A DNA stretch of 64,000 bases from Trichosphaerium sp. ATCC 40318 (lineage: Eukaryota > Protista > Tubulinea): assembly GCA_038496445.1 (NCBI GenBank), contig JALMLS010000122.1, positions 78,108 to 142,107 of the forward strand, read 5' to 3'. This document shows positions 1-12,376 of this stretch, one piece after another. The translations under genes and the position numbers were made by a program. Under the pieces are notes generated by a model. That model was given only the letters and a program-made list of their open reading frames with translations, was not told where the DNA came from and searched no databases. How positions within the stretch are numbered: position 1 is the first letter of the stretch; each line of letters starts with the position of its first letter.

Positions 1-2919
1 TCCCCACAGTTCAACATCAGTCTAAAAGGTAAATTCCAAAATACAACGTAAAACTCATGTAAGGAAGGTTTGTCACCAAAGGACAAGCGGAGGAGGGAAG
101 CAAAGAGCAAAAAAAGCCAGCGGGATGAACGCTTAATAAGCTCACGAAGTGAATCTAACCTATAGTACGCTTGTCAAGCCCGCCGTTGTGCGACTAGATA
201 CAATGAATCTTTACCAACTAATGTCATTTCAGCAAGCGGAGAGTGGTTAAGGCGCCGCAAATAAAGCATCAGCGATCTAAATCGGCAACATTTAACGGTT
301 CTTCGCGATTACGAGCTAAAGGTCGCACATCGTCAAAAGGAGAACCAAAATCAGCGCGTGGTGCGTAGGGTTTTGTTCTACTTGAGTTTTGCGCTGATCA
401 TCAAGCTGTTTTCTTTTTGGTGAATTACTAACATTTGTTTGTAAAGAGGAAAGTACTCGTGTCAAGCCGAAGAAAAAAGCTAAGATCGGTTCACCTTATA
501 ATGCACAACACAACCTTCATGTTCGTAAAGGAGAGAAAGGTCTAGAAGGATTACCACCTGTGTGGGTCACAATTTTAAAGGCAAGGTTTTAAACCTTTTT
601 TTATTTTTTTTTCTCATCGCCATGTACCTTTTTATGACTTTTTTTACTTTGGTGTTTTTTAATGAAAGTTGGATTAATTATTCAATAGGGTCTGGGTTAC
701 TCTGATGATCAAATATCTGAGAATTCAGAAGAAATTAGAGATGTCATTAATTTTCAGGATACAAGAAACTTACGTGCTTCTTCTTCGTCCACAGCGTCTC
801 TACCGGAGTCATCTCCTAAACAAAATAATATTCTATGTACGCAAATATTTATAACTTCCTTCTGGGTGGTAGTCAAAAGAAGGCAGCCAAATCAATTTAG
901 AAAATATAAGTTTGCATAAGGTGGAAAGAAAACGTTTCTAAATAACTATATAGGGAATCACATTGATAGTATGTGCTTGGATCCAAAAGATTTATATACA
1001 ATGGACACCGTCATAGGTATGTAGAAAAACTTGAAGTATTTACAATGATATGCACAAAGCTCTAAAGTCTCGTAATTTTCTACCATTTTCTCGGTATTGA
1101 ATTATAATTTTCCTGGATATTGTATTCTGCGCATTGCGAATACTCGGCATTAACGTGCAAAATATCATCAACTTGTAAGACAACGTACAAGAAATGTACA
1201 GTGAGGTTTTCGCCAAAGTAACTGGTTTTTGATTGTTTTTTTTTTGTGGTCAACTACTGTCATTGTTTCGTTCTAACAACTGTTTATGTAATAGGTGAGG
1301 GCTCTGAAGGTGTTATATATAGCGGTAAAGATCGTATATCAAACAAAGAAGTTGCTATTAAAAGCATGAATCTTAAAGAAAATGAGCTTGATCGTACAGC
1401 TCAAGAACTTCATATTATGAAGACGTGCAACCATGAAAATATTGTAGAATTTTATAGAGCATATTATTGGGATGGTAGGCTATATATTATACTTGAATAT
1501 ATGGATGGTGGTAGCCTTGCTCATTTACTTCAATATCATAAGAAATTTCCTTTTTTAGAGCGTCAAATACAGTTTGTATGCTTTAATGTTCTTAATGGAT
1601 TACGTTATTTACATAAACATCATCGTATGCATAGAGATATAAAGAGCGATAATGTTCTTTTAAATACTAAAGGTGCTGTGAAAATCGGAGATTTCGGTTT
1701 TTGTGCACAGTTAACTGAAGTTCAACAAAAAAGGAATACAGGAAGTGGAACACCTTACTGGGTACGGCAATATTGTTTTTTATAAAATCTTTATTTATTC
1801 TTTTCAATATCCCTGATTATTGATTTTAGATGGCACCAGAGAGTAAGTGTAGAACGACAACGACATTAGTTTTCTTTTTTTTTCAGGCTGTTTTTTTTTT
1901 TGACATTTTGATTTTTTTGTGGCTTCTGTTTGTCGTCTTGGTGGTAAAATAGAAATATTGATTACTCATATACATGTAGTTATACGTGGTAAGAAGTACG
2001 GAACCAAAATTGATATTTGGAGTCTTGGTAAGGCTAGCTTTTTTTTTTTGTTGTAAAGTTTCTAATCTTGTTTTTTTCAATAGGTATACTCTTGATGGAG
2101 ATGGCTGAGGGTTTACCTCCTTATTTTGACATGGCAGAGTTTGATGCTCTGTTGTATATTAGAAAACATGGCGCACCAGAACTAAAACAGCCATCACAAT
2201 GGTCAGATGCTTTCAAGGTACGAGAAACTTGTATTTACTAGTTTTATTTCAGTTTTCCAAGTTTACTACATTCTGGCATTCTATGCGCTTTGTGTTAGAT
2301 ATCATTCTTTCAGTTTCTTTGTATTTGTATTTAACACGTTTTTCTTGAAGGGGTTTTTAGCATTGTGTATAACAAAGAATCCTGCTTCACGTGGTACTAG
2401 TAGTGAACTATTACAACATCGTTGGATGACTGTGCAGGCTCTAGATGCCAATCAAAGGCGTATTGTACCTATAATAGATGCTATAAAAGCACATAAGGAG
2501 AATGAAGTCATAGCACTAAAAGCTAGAGCGGTACGCCATTTTTTTTGATTGAATCAAATTCTCAAAAAAAATTCTTGAAAAAAAAAGGTAACCAACAATT
2601 CTACTCTTGTGCTCTCTCTTGAAGTAACACAAACCAATTATTTTACAACAATAGAGTAATACCAAGCGTGTTGCTTTGTGCAAATTCTTTTAAGTAATGT
2701 AGCCAAACAGGGGTTTTTTGAAATCCTTTAAAAAAAAATTCAGAAATATAGTATCGCTAAGATGACTTTTAGGCTCAGCATCTTGTTGATATTGGTATAA
2801 ACATAGCTGCATCAAAAAAAGATAATAATTCCTCACCTAAATCACGTAGTGGTAACTCAAGAGGAAAGAAACGAGATCACCATCATCATAAAAAAGTAAC
2901 AATAGCAGATGAATCCTAA
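1..2919 (+). CDS. PAK/STE20-family Ser/Thr kinase with CRIB (PBD) domain; multi-exon, 5' end outside window
   Basis: Exon ~448-580 reads KIGSPYNAQHNLHV...GLEGLPPVW (CRIB). Kinase exon 1294-1761 has GEGSEGVIY, VAIK, HRDIKSDN, DFG, KRNTGSGTPYW. A 13-nt exon gives MAPE, followed by DIWSLG and EMAEGLPPY. Last exon 2773-2919 ends in TAA. Confidence 0.92.
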
Positions 2920-3295
2920 AGATGCACAAAAATTACTAGTATCCTTGTGAATAAAAACACTAGTGGAGAAGGTGGCATTGGCTTGTGTTTTGAAGCTTTC
3001 TTTTAACTTAAGAGCAATGAATCCTATTCAACCAAATTTTCACTGTTCCAATATGAGCACGCGAAAAACGGACCAGTTTTCTCTTGCTTGGTCAGACAAA
3101 CAATAAGAAAACTCGCTATTTTTAGCTAGGTCAACTGTATACTAAATTTGTAATAAAGTTTGACCTTCACGTGAATGCAGAAACTATTATGTGTACGCAA
3201 CAAGCTCCTAGATTTTTTTTTTACACTTGGTGTACCGAGGACGAACATATACGTTCACACTTCCTTTGACTTTTTATTGTTCGTGGTGTCGCAAT

Positions 3296-6200
3296 ATGCA
3301 ACGACCAGAAGCGGATAGCACTGCAAAGTCTACAAAACCAGGTTTTAGCGCGCTATGGGCTCGTTTAAACCACGCAGCCCCACATACAACTTTTGGTACA
3401 ATAAACTATCTTCGTCTTTCTGTACGCACCCTGTGCACCTTCTAAGGTGAATGTAATATACTTACATGTTGTTTAGCGTAATATTACTACTGTAAGTGTA
3501 GTAATTGCCTTGGGAGCCTTTTCCATCACGTTTTCCTCCTATTTAAACTATTTCAAAACCAACCAGTGTACAAACTTCTCCCAAGTGTTCACTGTACGTT
3601 GTTATCTACAAGTTTAGCTTATACACACGGACAACTGACGTTTAAGACTGAATAACGGTTTTGTTATTTAACGTTAAGCTCTTGATTAACACGCTAAATT
3701 ACATAGCGCTAGTTTCGAGTCAGTTCCAGTCAGAAGGCTTTGCCATGAAGCAATGCAATATTAATTTAACGCTCTGGGCTACTTGATAAACACTACACCG
3801 ATCAGTAGCAAGCACTTGACATTCCTGACTACCAAGCATATGAAGTACTCCATAATAATCTCATAATGTTACCTGTCAGTGTTCACAACCTATCTCGAAA
3901 GATTAGGTATTTTATACTCTTACCACGTAAAAGTGTGCACGTGTTTATGTTTGAGAATGGCTTGATTTTCGTGGTAGTTACTGAGCATGAAAGATATTAA
4001 TGACAAAAATAGAGATGAATATTAATGTATTTATGGATGGTTGTGAAGACTGACAGGTAACCCTTTGAGATTATGGCTTACTTTATATGCTTGGTAAGCA
4101 GAAATATGTCAATTGCTTGCTACCGATCGCGAGTGGTCTTTTATCAAGTCGAGCATTAAATTCATTTGCGTTACTTCATGTCAAAGCCTTCTGAATCTGG
4201 AACTGAATCGAAACTAGCGCTATGTAATTTAGCGTTATTTCGCCTCAAAAGCCCAACTATTCTCCGTCAATTCCTCGATGTCATCTAACAATTCTAACAT
4301 ACCTTCTTTTTATATAGAGTGTGTCTTGGTTTGCACCATTTTATTTAGAGCGAATAATTCAAAATTTTTGTGTCGGTTTTTATTATGGTAGTCTAATATT
4401 ACTATTTGTGCAATTATTTAGAGACAGGTATGTTTTTATTTGGCAAGTAGCCATTCTCTCATATCTTTCTAGACAACAACCATTGTTTAATATTAGTAAG
4501 TATACATATGAAAAACATATCACAGTATTTCTTGAAACAGCATAAAGGTAAAGTTGCTGAACAACTTGCAAAGAGTTATTCAAAATATGGAAAAGTTTAT
4601 GGTGTCTGTACCTTTATATGACAATAAGAAAAATTGTTTGATACCAACAACAGGCAGAAAGTGTTGTAATGAAGCTTATATAACGTTTGAATCAACAGAA
4701 GGAGTGAGTGCTGTTTATCAAAAACAGTATTACAAAAAGTGTTGTAAACACCAAGAAAGGTATGTCCAATCCTTTAAAAGAATCTTTCTTAACTTGCACG
4801 ACTATTACTGACTCCTTATTGATAGAAGAGTAAGGGCTGAAGTACCACAGGTACCAGAAGCAATCGATATGGACAAATGGTCTGTCCAGACTTCATTCTA
4901 TCGAAGGGGTTTTAGTATGAACTTTGGGGTTTTTTTTTTACTTGTTTTGTTTGTTGAACTTGGAATTAACACTGGATAATAGTGGTAGTAGTGATGGCTG
5001 TAATACTTGGCCTTATCTTAGGAAGTTCTGCTGTTATTTGTTTGAGATACACTGTGAGCCTTATCACTGACAATTCAGCCAGTGTTTTGTTAGTTTAATG
5101 AGCGTTTTCCTTGTTTCTATTATTGAAAGCATTCTACGTGATTTATCAACCTGTATGTTGGTCACATGACTCACTTACCTTAAAACAACCGCAATTCTCA
5201 TTCATGAATGATATCTAAATTGTTTTCTAGATATCACAGACAAGTTAATTTGTCACTCTAACCGTTCTTTCAAGGTACTGTTGTGTTTTTTTTGTGGTGT
5301 CAAACTTTTTGCTATTTCAGCATATTGACACCAAGGATAACATATTTCAAGAGTTTCTGTGATATTAATGGTATAATTGTAGCAAATCAATATAGTTTCT
5401 AATTACCAGATAATACGAACAATTCTAGTAATTGTTGTAATCACGTATTGCTTTTCATCAGTAGTACAAATGCAAAACGACTTTAGAGATAGGGAGCTAT
5501 TTTTGGTTGAAAGTACAGAACAAGAATTTTCACGTATTACTGGACTAGCTTATACCGATGCCACTCAATTCTTGGTAAAACTTAACACCTTGAACTATTT
5601 ATAGCGTTTTTGCGACTTGCTCAACTTTTTTCTTAATTTATTCTTATTTCTTTTAGATTTTATTCTCAGCAATGTCAATATTTATTGAGAATTTTGCTGA
5701 GCTTGTGAGACCCAAAAAACATTTAATGGAATACTTTGGTTTATGGTACGTCTTCTAACACCTGATAAAGATCACAAAAGTGCCTTTAAGTCTGATTTTG
5801 TTGTTAAGTGTCAAAGATGAACCAGAGTTTCCTCTTGGAAGCAGATATGGTAGCCTAGCTGCTGATAGCATACCAATGGTGTTAGCAGTTAAAATAAGCT
5901 TTGCAATATTTATATTTACAGGGATAAGTTGTGCCTGTCGGTACCTTAGAGACAAATACCTTGGTACACCTTTGTTTGCAAGTTTTTTTTGCAACTTGCT
6001 TTTTTTTGGGACTCTGTGAAAACAAACAGCTTTGTAATTAAAGTCAATACTAATTGGTAACTTTTAAGTGCCAAACAGATACAAAACAAGGAGTAAAATG
6101 CCATTTAAACTTGATTTTGTTTCACACACGGCAGTTTTGTTAATGAAGTCAAGATAAAGAAAAGTTTATCCTCAATAAGCTAGCTTAACTAACATTGTTT

Positions 6201-6580
6201 TAATAGGCTCGATTCAAAGCCAGAAATGCCTGACATGGTGTTAACGATTTTGCCCTTTATTACAGTAATAGCAGCGCTCATTTGTGAGAAAAATAAGCAG
6301 TCAATGAGAAAAAATCAACCTTCATTGGGATCTATTTTTATTGGTTTCTATCCTTCTAGCAGAACATATCTTGGACCCAACATAACTTTTGAAAAAGCAA
6401 TTGGTATGCCCGAATGTGGAACAAATGTTTGTACGTTTAAACAAAACACAAAGACTTTAGTCCCTTTTTACAGCTATTAACTCCCATTTTCAGACTGTGA
6501 GTATTACATATCCTTATCACATGGACTGCACTTAACTGAAATCTACAAGTCGGAAGCAACAAATGCAAGCAAGTAAATAG
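3296..6580 (+). pseudogene. Probable pseudogene of an OSCA/TMEM63/TMC-like multi-pass membrane channel
   Basis: Hydrophobic exons; RRM-like cytosolic piece (KYGKVYGV...NEAYITFES...AEVPQVPEAIDMDKW); EPEFPLGSRY...YLRDKYL motif. Several in-frame stops and frameshifts (~3476, 4543-4620, ~5097) are not removed by plausible introns. Family call rests on motif resemblance only. Confidence 0.45.
3691..4235. repeat. ~545-bp foldback with ~200-bp imperfect inverted arms (MITE-like element or long hairpin RNA)
   Basis: Perfect 28-bp inverted repeat ACGCTAAATTACATAGCGCTAGTTTCGA (3691-3718 / 4208-4235). Imperfect complementarity continues inward to ~3894 / ~4036. Lies in an intron-like region of the channel pseudogene. 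Confidence 0.9.
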
Positions 6581-6745
6581 CTCTGTTCTCTAAATTGAAA
6601 TAGGCTACATGTCCTTTTGTACCACGAAAAATACATATCTGAGGCATAGTCACTTTTAGCTGACCCAACGTTTTGTTGTTTACAATGAAGGAGTAGGTCA
6701 AAAGCAATCATTCATGTTTATTTACACAAAAAAAAAATCTCTATT

Positions 6746-8716
6746 CTATGAAGTGTCCATTTTATCCTCACCGTCCTCTGTCTTCCCTTCTTTTTCCTTC
6801 TTTACATATGCAATAACTGCCTTCAAGAAAGCTGCGGTACCGACACTTGATCCAAGGTCAATATTAGTAGTATCAATACCAAAGGAGCGTAAGATGGAAG
6901 GTCCTTCCTGAGATAAAAGAGTGAGTACAACACACGAACAAAATCAAAAAACTTTTCACAGCAAAAAAAAAAAAAGGTACTCTTTGTAGACAAAGTCGTG
7001 AAGTCACGTGACATCAAGTCTTCAACAAGTAAAGTAAAAAATAAAACTGTTTCTATGATGCTAAAGCAATCATTCATACCGATAAAGTAAGGAAAGCAAG
7101 CGACTAATAAACAAAAAAGCAAACAGAAAAAGAAAAACAAAGATGAGTCGATATCGACTCTCTTTACAAAAAGATCTTATTCAAACGTACTTGCTGGCAA
7201 GCAGCTGATAACATATCAGCAGCTTGACGGAACTGAGGCGTTCTCAGAGTAGCTTCAAGAACACCAGGAGTCTCACGATCTTGTTCAGGTAATAGTGCCT
7301 TAAGGTTAGCTTGGATCTCTGGATCATTTAATGCTCCGGATTTAATAATAGCCTCAGCATCGAAAACATTACCCAACGAAGGTCCTGTAAAAGAAATCTC
7401 ATCAGAAAACAGAAAAAAAAAAAAAATAGGACATTCGTCATTCCTTGCTTCACTCACCTTGTTGGCCCTGTACTTGTGGTCCAAGGGTTTTAAGGATATT
7501 TTCCAAGTCCATAGCTTGAATCTAATAGGTATTGGGTAAGAACAGAAGCTCAAGAGCAACAGTAACTACAAAAAGAGGCAAAAAAAAAACGATTTCCTAA
7601 AAAGAACGTACTGGCTCTGGCTGCGCTTGTTCTGGGGTTGCAGCTGCTTCTTCTGTTTCTGCTGCTGCCGCTGCAGCAGGAGAGCTAGTAGTATCACTTG
7701 GTGCATCTCCTCCTTCTGCTGCTGCTCCGCCGATACCTGCTCGTCTCAGAAAACGCTGACGTTGTGTTTGAGTAAACATACCTACGAAGAAACGAGTTAA
7801 TACAACAGGTAAACGCGAACGAAGCGCTTATGACTTTCTACAAAAATACTGAGCGCAAGGCGCTCCCTTTTGCTCAAAAGCGATTATAAACGAACACCAA
7901 AGTACTAGTAAAGCACTAGAAGGGTTTTTAGTGGTTTTAACGTACCGAAGTTTCCAGCAAACATTTGCAAGAGTGCGTTCTGGTCAAGACCTTCTAAACC
8001 AGCTGCTGGAGATGGTTCTGGTTGAGGTGGCTCATTCATGTACTTGTTAATCTTAGTGCAGTACTCTTCGTCCTTATCTTCTTTGGCTTCCTTTTTAGAG
8101 CGTGTTAGTAGCGTTTAGGAGGCATGTAAAGCGCTATTGGAAGCAGCTGTTACTGTTTGGTTTTTTTTAACTGACAACGTCTACATAAACGCAAGAGAAG
8201 CTTTTGATGCTGTAGAATCGAACAGTAGCGAAAGATATGCGTTCTAAAAGGGTGACGTACTTGTAACCAGAAAAAGAGCTTCTTGTCGCTGCTCTTGAAC
8301 TCTAGGAGGTACACGCGACCAGTTTTACATTCTTTTACACGACGAAAGTGAGCGTCGTCTGGAAATATAATCAGATCCTGATTAGGTTAGCCTATTGATT
8401 ACAAAGGAGATAGGATATGGTATAGCGTACTGTTTGGGCGACACCTGTCGCTCTCTCTTTCCAAATGAAATGAATAAGATTATCTGCGGACTAGATAGCG
8501 TCAGCGCAACAAAATAATCAGTTTAATACCAATTTTAATTGAACAAGCCCTTTTCTTTTGTCTGGGCGAACCCAACGTGTTTTGGCATCTTTATGCATTA
8601 ACCCCGCTTTAAATTCAACAAGGACAGACTTATCCTAACAAATATCGATTAATAACGGTCGTATTGCTTTAACTTACGCCTTGTTGAGCCTGGGGAGCAA
8701 AGAGGTTCATAGACAT
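6746..8716 (-). CDS. RPN13: Proteasome ubiquitin receptor Rpn13/ADRM1 (Pru domain + C-terminal UCHL5-binding domain)
   Basis: Spliced exons read [10 protein letters not shown]...[10 protein letters not shown]...LIHFIWKER...[11 protein letters not shown]...[22 protein letters not shown]...[14 protein letters not shown]-terminal LKALLPE...[10 protein letters not shown]...FLKAV, ending KMDTS*. Confidence 0.95.
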
Positions 8717-8831
8717 CTTTGTTGTTTTTGTTTACGAAAATTTAGTCGAGCCTTGAGTATTTTACTCTGTTTGACTTTGGTCGGCAACTTCACAGTGTAA
8801 CCGTTTGTGATTAAAAGCAATATAACAGGCA

Positions 8832-9474
8832 ATGCAAGCTTTGTATATTCTCGCGCTAGTTATTTTATGCAATTGTCTCGCTGTAGAGAGTGTATTTCCA
8901 AAACTATACTGTCAAACAAACGACTGTGTTCGTATTGGCGTTGTAGGGTACTCCGGAAAGCGATTTAACGAAACAAAAGCGATTTCGTATCTAGAGCAAG
9001 GATTTACAAGAGTAACAGTGCGTCAAGTAACTCCATCATACTACTAATGCGTCACTCGAAGAATACTATGCCTTCAAAAGAGTACATCATTGTCAGTGGG
9101 TACACAAATATAGGAGTACCAAAGTTAGCGTACCAAATTGCTCTTGAAAAGGCTTGGTCTACAGTAGGTGTTGCTTGTCCAAAAGCAACGAAGTATGACA
9201 CATTCCCTTGTAATACTACTGTTATTACAGGACATGATTGGGGAGATGAGAGTCTGGTACGAACCTCCGTTGTGGACAGAGTGTTGTCCTATTTTTATGA
9301 CAGGATTTTTTTTTCTACTTTTGTTGATTGTCTTTGTAGATGTTCTTGTCAACTATAGATATACTCGTTCGTGTAGGTGGCGGTTCTCAAACAGTTAAAG
9401 AAACATCTATTGCTGAAGCTAACGGTATACCCACTATACAATATGATCTTGGTACCTTACCACCAATGTTCTAA
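8832..9474 (+). CDS. Secreted SLOG (DprA/Smf-LOG)-superfamily-like protein, 3 exons
   Basis: Signal peptide MQALYILALVILCNCLA, then IGVVGYSG...IVSGYTNIGVPKLAY..A...TVGVAC...WGDESL|MFLSTIDILVRVGGGSQTVKE...GIPT, matching the SLOG Rossmann-like motif pattern. Introns ~9012-9061 and ~9257-9339. Confidence 0.7.
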
Positions 9475-9787
9475 TTTAGCAACTTGCACATTTTACAAAG
9501 GCAAGCAGCTACACGCTGTTTTAGGCCTTAGAACGTCTGAAATAAACTATGAATGAAATTATGCGTTGTGTATAAATATTGGTAGCGTGATGTTGGTGGG
9601 TTAGAGTGGAGTAAAAGCTTACGGCTTAAAGAGCTATAGTTCCCAAAAACGCAAGTATTGCGTCTCATCCTAATGTTTGTCCTGAGCCAAGATGAGATAA
9701 CTCTGACAAGTGAAATGGAAATATGATATTTTAATGACTGTATAGGATGCGCTAGCTCACTTTACATTACAATTTATCATGCCACGT

Positions 9788-10543
9788 TCAAGGCTTTCTG
9801 TAGATCATATGGCCAGGACGATGTTCACAGTACAGCACTTCAATATTATCGGCAACATACTTGCAGTGACCTTTTAATTTACCACTTTCAAACCAACTTT
9901 TGTATTCTCCGTGCCTCTTACCATTAGAGAAATAAAGTTGATATTTCAATTGACCACTATTATACCACCCTTTGTATTCACCTTCTTTTTTACCATTCAC
10001 ACAAAAGTAATGCTCTTGTAGATAACCAGTTATTCTCCAAGTCTTGCATTCACCTTCTCGTTTGCCATCAACGTAATACCAAGCCTCCTCTAACTGTCCG
10101 TTGCTATACCACCCTTTGTACTCGCCATGTATCACTCCCTTAGAGTACACATGATGCTCGCATATTTGACCATTCTTATACCAGTACTTGTAATCTCCGT
10201 CGTACATGCCGTCTACAAAATTACACTGACTGCTTATTTGCCCGTCTTCATAATATTGTTTGTGTTCTCCATGGTTTACACCATTTCTCCAATTACTTTG
10301 ACGAAGAACTATGTTATTCGCCAAAGCAGTCTGTTTCCACAAACCGTGTTTGTTCATCTTGTCGTCAAACCTTGAAGTCGTCGCTGTGTATTTGGACAGA
10401 AGAGGCCATAATCTATACACTTCTACATCCAGATCAGCGATATCTAGATGTAATTCAACAGGAAGGTCAAAAAGGTGGCGACAATCTAGTTTTGCAATTG
10501 CTTTCGGTTCTAAGGGTAATTTACGTCTCACGTTGCTTGCCAT
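9788..10543 (-). CDS. Intronless F-box-like + MORN-variant repeat protein
   Basis: ATG at 10543 (MASN). LFDLPVELHLDI is F-box-like, followed by ~6 24-aa repeats of the type GEYKxWYxNGQLxxxxxYxxGK. Confidence 0.8.
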   Translation of the reverse strand: MASNVRRKLPLEPKAIAKLDCRHLFDLPVELHLDIADLDVEVYRLWPLLSKYTATTSRFDDKMNKHGLWKQTALANNIVLRQSNWRNGVNHGEHKQYYEDGQISSQCNFVDGMYDGDYKYWYKNGQICEHHVYSKGVIHGEYKGWYSNGQLEEAWYYVDGKREGECKTWRITGYLQEHYFCVNGKKEGEYKGWYNSGQLKYQLYFSNGKRHGEYKSWFESGKLKGHCKYVADNIEVLYCEHRPGHMIYRKP

Positions 10544-11499
10544 TTGGTACTTTTGAAAAAAGAATTCAATCAAGCCAATTATTTGACCAGTTGATTGATC
10601 TTGATAGTTTTCAGTGAAAATCAGACCACTGGTTAAGATTTAAGGCGTTTTCTGTACATCAGCAAGCCTCATTTTCACTAGCTTGAGTTATTATAAAATA
10701 GGAGCCATACCACTTAAAAACCAATGTGTGAATTAAAATCACTTGGAATCGAACAACGACTGAAAGAAAAAAACTCGAAGTTAAATTTTACTTTCATTAA
10801 AACTTGACGGTACTTCTTCCTTTTGTCTGAGTCAGTACTAATTCGACATTTGATATATTACACTTGTCATTCATATTGGAAGAACGCTACTTGAGAGCAA
10901 CAAAAGATGCTTTACGGACTAAGAAAAAATTCGAAACAATAAAAAAAGCCCAAACGTTTTTTAGTAACTATAACAACCACAACCACATTGCCAATAACGC
11001 TTCTAATAACTTCAGAATTGCTACCTAGTATTGGAACAACCATCTGACGTTATGACAAGATTTAGCTTGTTTCCAACAACTTAAACAAACATGAATACTA
11101 ATAAACAAACTACAATCATGTGTACCTGAAGAAGACTTGCTCCTCTGCAATTATCTTTTTTGAACTTTAGGCAATTTTCTTACTTGTTAGACGTTGGTTT
11201 GGGTGAAAGAACCAAAATTATCTTCCTATTTAGGTAAGTATAGTGCGTAATACACGTGCTCAAATCATTTATTTTCTTCCAAACATACTTGTAGGTGTCC
11301 TACAACTTCAAAGGTAAAGCGAGAATGTGCTACAACTGCTCCAAATAGCATTTTTGTGCACAATTGCCAGTACGTTTTTATAAAGAAAAATCAGTGAACT
11401 TACTTTTGTTAGGGCCTAGCTTTACGTATACATACTGATGCAAGGGGTGTTACAAAAAGGGTTCAAATAGCTACATATTTAGTTAGTACTTAATGCTAC

Positions 11500-11755
11500 A
11501 AAATCAGTATCTTTTCAATACTTTGACTCCTTACTCTGCTACTTCAGTATTAAATACGCGAATTGTATGAACCTCAAAAGAGCTTTAACACCTTCATCAG
11601 TTACTGAAGTATAACAGAGGTGAATAATATGAACACCAGCAAGTGCTTTAATACCTTCATCTGTTATATTCTTACACTATTGAGGCGTACGTCGAAGGCT
11701 TTAATACCTTTGTCAGTAACTGAAGAGTTATAAATGTAAATAGTTTGTACTCAGG
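11500..11755 (-). pseudogene. Decayed 3' fragment of the F-box-LRR family
   Basis: Translates as VQTIYIYNSSVTDKGIKA...KNITDEGIKALAGVHIIHLCYTSVTDEGVKAL/EVHTIRVFNTEVAE*GVKVL. Shares the 29-mer GCTTTAACACCTTCATCAGTTACTGAAGT with the gene at 46925-47692. Contains frameshifts and a stop. Confidence 0.85.
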
Positions 11756-12376
11756 AGAGGCAATGAAATGGCATGTTTGACAAGCTATATCGAGCATCTC
11801 AAGCCGTCCAGAATCTACCAAACACACGGGTCTAGTAGGCTTGAGCGCCATATTTTAAAGCATATCTGAGCTTTTGGGGTTAACACAAAAGGCTAGTTCT
11901 TCGTTCAAAGACACCAGGGCACTGTTTGTAAACCCAAAAAAATCCTTTTTATTATGTGACAAGATTCATACAAGTTTTTTTTTTTTTGTTTGGGTTTTTT
12001 TTCTTTTCAAGTACGAGTCGTTTTCTTCGACTAGTTTTGCATCAAACACAAGAAAAAAATAAGATTGATGCAACATTCATTGTTGTTGTAAAACTAGAAT
12101 ATATTAGAATCGAATACATAGTGAGGAGAGAACATCAAAAGTAAAAAAAAAATCCAAAAAAAGAGAAAAAAAAGGCAGTTCGTTCCAATTTGTTGGATTT
12201 TTGGCTCCCAGCAAGGCTTTGTTTTGAAGTTTTGTACTTAGGTAGCTGTATTAAACTCCAACACAAAAAGAACAAACAATACTCCAACAATATTTTATGA
12301 CTGAGGCTAAATATGAAAAGGAAAAAAAATCTGAACGTACTTTTTTGTTTTTTATTTTTTTTGTTTTCCTTCTCTT

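Noticed and set aside
236-258. GCGGAGAGTGGTTAAGGCG resembles a tRNA-Ser/Leu D-arm
   Set aside because: No T-loop (GTTCRA) or acceptor stem follows, and it lies in a PAK coding exon.
3296-6580. Stop-codon reassignment (ciliate-type code) explaining the in-frame stops
   Set aside because: Conserved genes in the window have stop-free exons and end in TAA, TAG and TGA; the region also has frameshifts.
9788-10543. Bacterial YwqK-type toxin-antitoxin component
   Set aside because: Similarity is limited to generic MORN-variant repeats; there is no toxin partner and the context is eukaryotic.
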